Positions 1-11,466 of a DNA stretch of 64,000 nt are shown in pieces; position 1 is the first letter of the stretch; every line of letters begins with the position of its first letter. The notes under the pieces were generated by a model. The model had not been told where the DNA came from. It searched no databases and saw nothing but the letters and a program-made list of their open reading frames with translations. Where the stretch lies: the NCBI RefSeq assembly GCF_000150275.1, contig NW_002060950.1:1848106-1912105 (forward strand), given 5' to 3'. The translations under genes and the position numbers were made by a program. The DNA is from Trichoplax adhaerens (lineage: Eukaryota > Animalia > Placozoa).

Positions 1-1044
1 ATCATCACCACAGGATACAGCTAGTTACGCCAGTTATTCAATGTTACTTAGACTATTGTTCATTCTTAGGGTTATATGATGAATACTCACCAGTAGTCCT
101 ATTGTCGACAATCAAGAGACTAATTTAATTTGTTGACATTGCAGATCAGTTATTTCTATTGATACTGATGATAAAATATTAATCATCGATTGTATAATAA
201 AATAGGATAAATTGATAGGAGACAATTTTTGATTTCATCATCGCTGCTAATCGATCCAATAATGATTCTACACTACATAGAGTTTATTAATTCTATTAAT
301 TAGATATGTTATCTTAGCCGTTTAAAGGTAAAATCCACGAAGGACACATTTCGATTTTCTTTGTTACTCTTTCACCTCCATCCACATTTAGTAAATCGAT
401 TACAAGTTCTCTTGCAGTTAGTACTGCGCTATAAATCCTATCGATTACCATTTTGTAGCACTGGAAACGAATAGTGCAGATAGTTTAAAATAGACAGTAT
501 AGCTTATGAATGAAGTAGTAACTGTTAAAGGATTCCGATGAGATAGGATAAAACTTAGGATCGAATAGTTTTTACTTTCATGACCTTTAACGGTTCGACT
601 ACAGTACGCAGATGACGTAGATGAAATATTACTTGTCTACCAATACTGTCGCCTTAATGCTCAATAGAGTTTATGTAATATTATACTACAACATCTTCTG
701 GTTTGAGTTATATTAATTGATTGTAGTCATTATTACCGTTCTAGTTGGTTTGATTTTAATAACATATATGTTACATAAACATATTCCTCCTTGCTTGTTA
801 TCTCTATGCTTTCAACTATACAATTGATTAGAAGAGTATCCAATTCTGCTATCAACTTAAAAAAGTGATATTATCATGGCGTATTGATGTTGCTCTTGAC
901 ATAAAAGGAATAAATAGTAAAATTTCATCATTTTTACGCTGTCGTCTAATATCTTACTCTTTCATACAAAAACATTCTTATGCGACTATATCGTCGACTG
1001 CTGATAACTCGATCTAACCGATGAGATATATCACTCAACAGTTT

Positions 1045-1555
1045 AATTACGGAAACTGCATACCGCATTGAATCCGATTAATTATGGTGGTATTGAAAGT
1101 TTTATTAGGACGGATACATTCTGTTTGATCTCAAATAGATCATAAAATATTGCTTCTAAATTGTGTTTATCTACTTGAGTTTTATGGACAAGACGAATTT
1201 AAAAACATCAACCGAAAAAAGCACTAGTGAATCCGATTTCAATTATGATCTAACTATGAGAAATCTGTCAACAACGTTATCTTATTCTTTTTGATCATAT
1301 GTAGGCTATAAGCTATAGGTTCTAAATTGTGCTTATCCATTGAACTACATAGATCAGATGATTTTAAATAAATTAATTTGAAAAATTGCTAGTAAATTTG
1401 ATCTCACGACCTAATACTGAGAAATTCTACTGACAACGTAATATTATTCTATTTGATGATAAATAGACTGTTAAACTATTTCTTCTATTTTGAACTCATC
1501 TATTTAAATTTCATGGAGTAATTTTCAGATATGATTAACGGGAAATAACTAAGTC
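1045..1555. repeat. Degenerate tandem repeat, about 3 copies of ~165 bp, in a PCGF intron
   Basis: TTCT.TTTGAT recurs at 1119, 1285 and 1447, each followed by similar TTCTA.ATTGTG/TTATC and CTAGT.AAT blocks. Confidence 0.7.
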
Positions 1556-1571
1556 TTCCTGTTCATTTTAG

Positions 1572-4316
1572 CTACGATCGAACTATGCAAGATTTAGTTT
1601 ATAAATTGGTTCCTGGATTGCAAGAACGTAAGTTCTATTGTTTCAATTAAATCAATTAACAATTGCTTTATCTATTCTTAAATAATTAGCATACATCAAA
1701 CTATTGTTGTAAGTATCAGGCGGTTCTTGAAACAATAGAAAGTAAACAAATGATGAATAGATTAAGCAAATAAAAATAATTACTCCTTGCCAATATGGAT
1801 CGCTTTATATGCTTTAGTTTTTTAATTCTTTATTTTTCCCCTAAAGGGAGTGTTTACAACATTCCAACAAGACTTTCAATCGTTGCGATTGAAAATCAGC
1901 TAGATAGTATCAGTTTTTAGAGTTAGTTGATAAATTAATATCATGCGTGTCTCTAGTACAATTTTTAATTTGATAGTGGATTGAGTTATGAATAGATCAT
2001 AGTGCTATAGCATAATCTTCGCAAGATTTATAGTTGATAATCTATTTAACTTGCTTTAGTTCTTTTTTATCTTTATTGAAAGGCAAATAATAGCTATTTG
2101 TTTTACGCCTATTGATACATTGGCTAACGAAGAAAAATTTTAATACTATTGAATGTATATTATACTGTATCTTCATATTTTTACTCCTAATTTAACGGTT
2201 GTTGTTTGCATCTATCTGAAATTAACGGTGAATCTAGTCATTGATGGTGGAGAATAGCAAATATACTATACAGTAATTATTACTACTCAATAGGAGCTAT
2301 GACAATAGTTTTCAATTGAAAGCCGTTGAAATAAGAAAGCAGTTTTAGTTTTTAAAGTTATTCTATTACGAGAACCTTTTTTAGTATAGCGATCATAGTA
2401 AAACCATTATGTAGTTTTAATAAAACTAAGCATAGAGAGCTAAATTGATCTTATCCTTGCGTAGGCTATGATGGCTGCTACAATTTTATTAATCTCTCTA
2501 ATATTTTTTGGTTTTCGTTACAGTAACGTCTACTTACCATTTGTTCTTAAACTAATAATGATGATAAAAGATACAGACTATACAGTTTATAAAGTATCAT
2601 TACCTTTTTTTAAATAGATTTATACAGTAACCAGTATAGGCATATGTTATGTCAACACTAAATAGACAAGATATATATTGATGTCAGCTACGACCAATAT
2701 CATCTTTTTATTTTCATTTTCTATATTGAATTGGACTATTGTAAATAGATTACGTTAAATTTAGAACTAATAATAATATACAGTAAGATCGATCAAGCTG
2801 ATTTATGATAATGTATGTTCAGCACATAAATTACGTATTTAATTAATACTGCTAATTTTTGAAAAAATTTCTTCATAAAATTGAACATTTAACGTTATTT
2901 GGTTTATGATAGACAGTACTAACTGAAATTTAGTATGATTTAAACTATAAATTTGAAATACTTTATATAAGACTTCCATTTAGCCCAATTTTATTGCTAT
3001 ATAATTTAATAATTCTCGGCGTACAATGATATTAGCAGGCTTTATAATTTGGAACTGAAAAATTAAAAAATTAATAATAATACCAATTCATATGCTTATC
3101 ATATTAGATATATTATTGGGGTACTTAACCATAAATTAAATGAATCATAGATGAGCGATGTACTATAATAGTAAAATATAATTAGTAAGTTATAAATTTA
3201 AATATAGCCGGTATTAATCTGGAGATATTGCTAATGTAGGAGAATTAGAGACAGAGCGAGAGTTCTATGAATCAAGAGGGTTAAGATGGCCTAAAAAGCG
3301 ATTAAGCGGTAAGAATTGATCAAACTTAATTTTGATTTGTTTAATCACTCTTTTGACTAGTGCATCGTAACGTTGAATATAATTACTATTTACTTTGATT
3401 TAATTAGATTCTGAGAATGAAAATTCACCTGCCAAAAAGAATAAATCCGCTAATTCATATTCTAATGATGCATGCGATTATCATCGAGCTGATGAACAAA
3501 TTGCTATTATTCTGGAATGCAAAAAGTAAGCCTTTTGTACTCTGCAATGATGCAATGCCTCGACTATCGATTTTTAAGATAACCTTCTAATTTTTATTGT
3601 CTTTATCTGTAATTATTGATTACTTGCTTGAAAATGGATTAAAGATCAAATGGTTACAATCTTGATGTAAGTAATAGTCGACTTATCATATCGTATTTAG
3701 ATACCTATAGTACTTTCCGATATCACGGTAAAGATTGATTGTGTACTTCAATATTTATTAAAGCTTTAAAAATTCTATTATATTTTTTTAGCAATTGCAT
3801 CGAAAATTTTTACTTTGTTCCGTGCAAGCAACAGTAATGCATTTAAAAAAGTTTGTAGCTAAAAAGTTACAAATTAGCAAGCCTTACGAGGTAAATTTAC
3901 GGATGATTATAGTAATGCTTTCACAGAATATCATAAAATATAAATCAATTTTCTCACTACATCGAATTTAAAAAAATAGTTGGAGATTCTATGCAATGAC
4001 GAAATATTAGGTAAAGATCATACATTGAAATTTATATGCCTAACAAGATGGCGAAATAAGGTATAGAAGAAGTTATTAATGTTATTAGATTTATATATTT
4101 TTAAGCCTCAGGGGGTAAATTACATCATATTACGATTCGTATTTATCCTTACTATTGCCTATAGTATACTGATAATATTATTTTAAGCGTAGCTTATAAC
4201 CGTTTATTATATCCATAAACAAATTTTTTTAATCTGTTTTTCTACAAATTTTTATCAATAAATAGGAGACTCCGCTAGTACTACATTATCAGCCTCGAGA
4301 AAATTATGATGATTAA
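1572..4316 (+). CDS. PCGF3: Polycomb group RING finger protein, PCGF3/5-like (3' part; RING exons not found in the window)
   Basis: Exons at about 1572-1627 (YDRTMQDLVYKLVPGLQE), 3240-3308, 3408-3525 (DYHRADEQIAIILEC), 3645-3666, 3792-3890 (RKFLLCSVQATVMHLKKFVAKKL), 3980-4060 (LEILCNDEILGKDHTLKFICLTRWRNK) and 4266-4316 (ETPLVLHYQPRENYDD*). GT-AG boundaries keep the frame; motifs match the PCGF3/5 RAWUL domain. Confidence 0.9.
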
Positions 4317-6443
4317 TATTGGTCTTATAGTCAACAGGATATGAATACGTTATATTGTAAATAAACGACAATTATTTTAAATTCTACAAATTTCTTGATA
4401 TCTTGTAAAACAAAAAAGGTATCTTTCATAAGAATTCATGCTATCTAATAAATCTTTAAGTAATATTCCATGTATTTGCTAAATTATATAGACGAGATAA
4501 TCTATAGTTCAATAATACCGTACATAGTTTAAGTTATTGGTACTCAATTTATGCGTATATAGTATATATACGATGTTATTATACTAATATAGCGCACGGT
4601 AAAGCAAAATTTTAATGAATTTGTGATAACAGAATGGTAGGATATTAATTATATTTACTATGATGATTAAGTATACTCCTCCATAGTGTTATAATAGTCT
4701 TATGTTGTAGAATGAGTATAGACCTAAAAATTTATAGCAGGTAAAAATTTTTATATTTACAGCTTCATGTTACAACTCATAAGGAAATTGATATATCTTT
4801 TAGCATTATTTGAGGAAACATAAGCAGGTATACTCGTAACACTGATTCAACTATACATAACGATAGATATTAACTTAATATCGGTGCATCGTGAAATTAT
4901 TCTATATACTGGCACTCTGTGATAATTTTAATTAGTCAAACAAAATAAGCAATGGAGTTAATTATTATCAGATATCAAATCAGTACGACCATATACCTTT
5001 TGAAACCTTATTTTAAGTTAGCAGTGCAAATTTAAAAACAACAATTATTACTATTAAGCTATTAATTTAATTAATGTATAAAATTATTATTTCATTGACG
5101 TTTGGGTATCTACAATCGTGTTCTGCTATCTTAGTATTTCATAAAATTGGATGTTATTATGCACATCAAGATAATATAAGTAATATGTTTATTATGACTA
5201 CCGTAACATAGGCGGTGATTGATTGTATTCATATCACGATAAAACTGTTACAAGTAGGTTTGTCGTGATTTACTATGTTATTAATCGGTTGATAGATAAT
5301 AAAAGAAAGATTAACTAACTGGTCAGCGAAAAACACTTATGGATAAAAAATGAATGAAATTTTAATAACCAAATATACTTTTAAACTTTAAACTTAAGCG
5401 AACCAGTTAAGGTAGCATTGTTGATACCGATGCTTCGAATAATCTGTGTCGCTAAAATTGTCATTAATGATGTTATACCATTTATTGCAAGAATGGATAC
5501 ATCGCAGCTGTTCTATAGGAAGTATTTATCTGCTATGATTTAGTTTTGATAAATCTTCAAAGTTTATCTATGAAATATTTAGTCTACTTCGGAAACATTT
5601 GTTATGGTAGTTTTGATTTACGAACCTTAAAGTACGCATATAATACTGTAAACGTGCCATAACCTCAAGTTCTAGTAATAAGAATTTATAAGAGAAACTC
5701 ATGCTGTAGTAGTGGTATTGAAAATTTTCAATTTACTGTAGACCTCGTTGTTTATAATGCCTACGTCACGTAGTACTGAATTTATAGCACAATATCAACG
5801 CAGAATAATTCAGATACTTCTTAACTAAATCGTAGCTTGTGAATTCTATAACACGTGCGATCTAATCTGAATTTCGGCGTTATTTCTCTACTTCCGCGAG
5901 AAAGATGTAGCTGATTACAGTAGGCAAAAGTACCATGCAGGATTTGATATTTAATAAGTCAGTTATCAAAATTAAACATTTTTAAATTATAAAATATAAA
6001 TGTGAATCAGGACTGCTAAAGTGTTGTTAGTATGGATACTACAGTAGATAAAAATGATGAACTTTACTGTTTCTTTCATTTAATCGTTACACTCATAATT
6101 TAACGGTAGTTTGCGATGAGCATCGATATTTTGACAACTCCAGTAAGTAGATGGCAACAGAACTTGCACATATGGATTTTTGTTTCTATATTAATATTGG
6201 AATGTTACAGGGCTATTAGCGGATAGAGTCGGTAAACGAAAACATGGTTACAATATACAACACACAATAACATGTATAACAAATAAATCCAAAAGGAGTA
6301 GAGTAAAAGTTTTACTCAGAGAAACTACTTTAGTTGTTAGTATGTAGATTATATCGTAGTTAGTACAAGTACATGATACGATAACATTCAGTTAAATGTA
6401 TCCATTTTTGGCAATTTTACAGGCAAATATACATCATAGAAAC

Positions 6444-8999
6444 TCAAGCAATAAAATCTAACGGTCTGTTGAATCCACCTCTTCTGTTCATATATTGCCT
6501 AGAGTGTAGTAAAAGCGTTATCAATTAGAAGTAATAGTTGATCAGCCTTGTACGAATGCCAGCATAAGTAAACCTACCTGTATCTTCTCTTTTGCTGAAT
6601 TCGAGTACCTTCTGCGTTATTTGTGCCGTCAACATGTTTTCCCTAACAAAGCCAAGATAAGATGATAAGAATATTTTATAATTAATCAGTGGATATAATT
6701 AATTAGTTATGCAATGATCACTTAGTTTCGACTAATTGTGCCACAATAGGACTATAAACAGAAGGAAAATGTTAAATTATCGAGAAGTACGCTATTTCAT
6801 AGAAGACGTTGTAAACTTGTTTATATCTAATTATTGAAAATATAGGTAAAGTTAACGAAGTAACATTATTGCTATCTATTTAAAATTTGATTTTTCTTTC
6901 CTATACTATAAATAATTTATTCATTTAAGAGCGAACATTGAATAAAATAGGTAAAGTTAGTGGAATAATTAAATAAGCACTGTAGCATTTACTTTTGTTG
7001 AATCGAAGCCGGAGAATCCCATCAATTTCATCATTTTTTCCTCTTCATCCAATCCTTCAAGAGATACATCTAAATGAAATAATAGTAGACTTTAATTAGT
7101 TTCTCCAGCAAAGGTTTTATATAAGGTTATATTACAATTCTATTCTTAATTTTATAGCAATACATACTACTATTTCTCCCGGACGATTTGGGCTTGTCAT
7201 AATTGTCGGATCTATATCATTGAATATGTATATATATGCACTAATTAATAAGTTATCATTCTCAGTACTATGGCAAAAGATAGGATTTGCATCACAGTAT
7301 TAACTTAAACCTAGAATCCTTATGACGTCGTGATCTAGGAGAACGTGACCGACTTCTTTTCGAACGCCGTGGAGATCCTGATCGTGACCTAAATATGGTA
7401 AAAATAAGACTTATGGTTAGTACTACAATTATTATAAGTGAAATCAGATTACAAGTAGATAGCAGAGATGTTGCATTGCCTAAATTGATACTGCATTTGG
7501 TTACCTTGATCTTTTTCGGTATCTTCTACCAGGAGAACGAGAACGACTTCGGTATCTCGGAGACCTTGATCGTCGTTTTGGCGATCTTGAGTGACTTCTA
7601 CGACTAGTTCCTTAAAGGATAGCCAAAAATATATCCATATATATTAAACGACAAGATATTTTGGGTCATTACAGTACGCAGACACAATAGATGATACAGT
7701 AAAGTAAAAAGGTACAGTACAACTACGGTACACGAAGTATATCGAGCGAGAGATCGACTAGCACGTACAATATTTTCCAGCGATTAAGGAACAACAATAC
7801 GAGTATTTACAAGTTACCAATCATGTCAGTTACGATATATTGTATGACTTACGACTAGGTGGTCAAGTTTTAAGTTTGATCGGGATAGCATGGTATAAGT
7901 AGAGCAATGAATACAAGAATTAAGTTATGCATAGCACTGCCTAACCTAGTAAACGTGGATCAACGTATTGCTATTGAAATTCATTGACAGATTTACAATA
8001 CAATCTCTTTTCTAGTATAGGTGTAATCGTATCATGCTAATCTATTGGAAGATGGCAGGTCAATGATTATACCATACGCATAAGTCATTTTATGTTGCAA
8101 GTATTCTGTGTTGGTTACGTTGCAACTTTTGCAAGGTACTAGTATCACTTTTGAATGGTTTTTTGACGTTTTCCATGTAAATTTGATAAAGGATTTGATT
8201 CAAGCAGAAATACAACTACAGTATCCGTATTATAAGAGATAAGCTCTTAAAATTGATTATAGTGACATGCTAAGGACTCATTTACAATTTCAATTGTAAT
8301 TATCCTTCACCATCAATTGCATACACACACACATCTGTTTGTGTATGGTAGCTGTCATTAACTAAGTTAGTAGTGGCAGGTTACGTAGAATTTTAGATGC
8401 GATAATAGCATCGTACTCTGGATACGGAATTGCTTGCAACCAACCAAGGTATCGAACGTCTATCTTTCAGTCTTACGTTATCTTAAGTTGTTGGGTAAGC
8501 GTTGTAAGAATGTTGTTCTTACTGAGGATAAGTCAATTTTAGCCTAATACACGATCATCTTGGGTGAGTAAGACTATATATGTACAATGGGATGATTCAG
8601 GTTTTTTAATCCTAATTTGTATTTAAGATCGAATGGATGCTGGAATCAGCAGGTAGAGTTTCTTTTAAACTAATGTCCAGACTCTGTGAATGGAACGATT
8701 GTGTTGAGAGACAGACAGCCATGGCCACATGCAATACTTTGAAGGGGAACAATTAAGAGAGGTGTATTACCTGGTTTTCTATCTGGCGATCGACTTCGGC
8801 GCCTTCGATCATCTATATATCAACAATATGGAATGAATAGGATAGCATGCATTGATCAACAGTTATTCCCAATTGAATCATGTATCAACAATTTGAAAAT
8901 GTCTCCTTGGAGACGCTATGCAGCCATTTCCATTGGCTGCCACTTACAAGATCGAATCTCGCCGTAGTGTGGACTTCTGGAACGACTACGGGATGGCAT
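6444..8999 (-). CDS. SNRNP27: U4/U6.U5 tri-snRNP 27 kDa protein (RS-rich N-terminus, conserved C-terminal domain)
   Basis: ATG at 8999 (MPSRSRSRSP). RS-rich exons at about 8771-8812, 7505-7610 and 7311-7388. C-terminal exons give EEEKMMKLMGFSGFDSTK-GKHVDG...[24 protein letters not shown], the SNRNP27 signature. Stop at 6444-6446. Confidence 0.95.
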
Positions 9000-9147
9000 T
9001 TTGAAAGATAGTTATGCTACTACCTGAGTTGAATCAAATAAATAGCTTGGAAAGACAGCTAATTTTCTTTCCTTCTAGACTTAATGAAGAGTAGGCATAA
9101 ACAAGTTTGATTTTCGCTCTGCAGATGATCCGGAACCACAGACTGAC

Positions 9148-9368
9148 TGGTATTACTGTATTAGTGTATTACTGTATTGCTGTGTTACTGTATTACTGTA
9201 CTGTACTGTATTCCTGTATTACTGTACGTTACTGTAAAGCTGATCGGGTACTGTACAGTACTGTACTGTACCATAGTACCGTACTGTACTGTATACAGTA
9301 GTACTAGACGACACTGCTACAGTACAGTACTGTATGCAGCGTACTGTACACTGTAGTACACACTGTCA
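9148..9368. repeat. TATTACTG / TACTG-CAGTA low-complexity array in the SNRNP27-TMEM230 divergent promoter
   Basis: Run of TATTACTG-like 8-mers followed by TACTG/CAGTA 5-mers in both orientations. Confidence 0.8.
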
Positions 9369-9669
9369 GCATGTAGCGCGAATAGTCTGCACATGCGTAC
9401 AAGCGCGCTTTCAAGTCAAGGGGTAGCTGTACAAAAATCGGAACTATTTCCAATAGAAAGTACCATAAAACGTTTCCAAACATTTGCATCACCCTGTATT
9501 TAGTACAGTAGAGTCCAATGACTCAATGACCAGTAAAAAATAGTCGATCAAGCAGGCGTAGGAGATACTGAGTAGTGAGCACTGGTTACTGTAGACCTGA
9601 CTACTGGTACGTACACGTCATACGGTAGTGTATATTGTATAAAGTGAGTGGATCAAAGCTGAAGTTCAG

Positions 9670-9733
9670 AGACATAAAGTTATTGAACCGAACCGAACTG
9701 AACCGAACCGAACTGACGAACCCTGGTCTAGTT
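9670..9733 (+). repeat. GAACC-array element, copy 1
   Basis: AGACATAAAGTTATT(GAACY)6...GGTCTAGTT; related copy on the minus strand at 20832-20889. Confidence 0.7.
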
Positions 9734-9862
9734 CAGACATTGTTGACATCTTCCACTTGAAAAATTGAACCAGGTTCTGGACTGCCTTGGTCAATTCTTT
9801 CCAATCGTTGGTACCACAAGTAGATTGAATTATCTTATTGACATCGTATCCATCAGTAAAAA

Positions 9863-11018
9863 ATGAAGAAAAAAGCTAGTAAATATATGCGCTTGCAAGC
9901 AGAGGGCAATGAAGAATTTACAAGCATGCAGGTTGGGTAGTTGCCTTTTATGCAAGGCTAGCGCAATCATTTCTTGTGGCTCAAGTCTAGCCACCAACTT
10001 GCTAGAATAGAATTGTTTTGATAATGCTGATGCAATGATTTTCAATTACTTTTCAAATAGTTTCGCAAGCCTAAACCTCGAGCTCCGATCAAAGCGATTG
10101 TTCTGGCTTGTACTTTATTTCTAGCTGGATCCATTATGATCTTGATGGCGGCGCTCATTTTTACTGGAGGAGCTGGGATCAAGGTTATCTACGATCGTCA
10201 TATACGAGTATTTTACTTGTAGCATGCCCTTTTCATGATCAACCCCACTTCAACATACTGTAGATATTCCTATACACGCACTTCACTCAAGCTGATCCAT
10301 CATTTACAGTAGTGTATTGTAGATTCCACTTTACCTGATACTGATAATTACTCTTACCATCAAGACGTAGAATTATCACTATAACAATCTTGTATCTCCA
10401 CTATCATTATCTCAATACAATAACTCATCCCGGTATTATCATTCGACATTAAGGTATAATCCAGCAACAGGAAATGAATGATATGACCATGTAGTATACA
10501 ATCGATACTCGTATGCTATGGATAGATTGTAGAATAAGTATACGATACAATATACTGCACATGAATTGCTATTGAATACTGCAATAGCCATCGTTGACTT
10601 TGTTACAACTAGTTACAACTGTATTGATGGTAAATTGCTTGCTTCAAGTACAACTATCATTCCATCATCGTATAATCGTTGAATACGCCCACAGAATCAT
10701 ACCAAATACATACTATAGCTTGTTTCATTAATAGTACTCATGCACTTGCCCCACATTCATCCATCATGGTATACTGTACATCCTTTGTTTACAGTTCCAA
10801 ATTTTTCATAGTTTAACAAGTCTCCATTTCTCGTACTACCATTAATGGCTTTTCTTTGACTAAACTAGGAACCAGATGAAAGAAGATCAACTTATACTGT
10901 GTTATTCGTGATTGGTTCTCTCTTGTTTATCCCTGGATTTTATCATGTACGAATTGCCTACTATGCATATCGAGGTTACAGTGGCTATTCATATGAAGAT
11001 ATTCCCGAATTCGACTAA
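9863..11018 (+). CDS. TMEM230: Transmembrane protein 230 (UPF0414)
   Basis: Three exons: 9863-9931 ([12 protein letters not shown]...), 10061-10183 ([24 protein letters not shown]...) and 10869-11018 (...[31 protein letters not shown]). The C-terminus matches the TMEM230 signature. Confidence 0.93.
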
Positions 11019-11466
11019 AATCGACTAGAAGTCAAGCGTTTTCACTGCTTGCTAACCATTACGATGGCATGTAAATTCTTCCACGACGAAATACATTATA
11101 ATATAATTTATATGTGAGACTGCCAAATATTACTACAGTATAGTATAACAATGATTGAAGATGGTAAAAAAGTACACGGTAATGTCTATATAATTATTCT
11201 ATTGACGTCAGTGAAGGTCATTGCATATATCTTTCGTAATTGCAACTGTTTACAATGACCTACCAAGAGTAGAAATGTGAGGAAGCATTGTAAGCAAGAA
11301 ATGTTCATCATAACAGATAAACTACCTACTGTATTTCTAGTCTAATCTACTGTATCATAAGGCGTAAATAAATTAACAAGAATTTTATTTTATTTACAGT
11401 AATTAAGTCAATTTTGTAGAAATCGATAATCAAACAATTTTTTACAGAATGGATAAAGGGAACCCT

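Noticed and set aside
9107-9492. ORFs rich in Y/C/T/V/L (9107-9301, 9304-9492; also 20796-21080 and 56060-56778)
   Set aside because: They are translations of the TACTG/CAGTA arrays, not proteins.
9670-9733. GAACC and TACTG arrays as CRISPR-like repeats
   Set aside because: No repeat-spacer alternation, no cas genes, and the context is eukaryotic.
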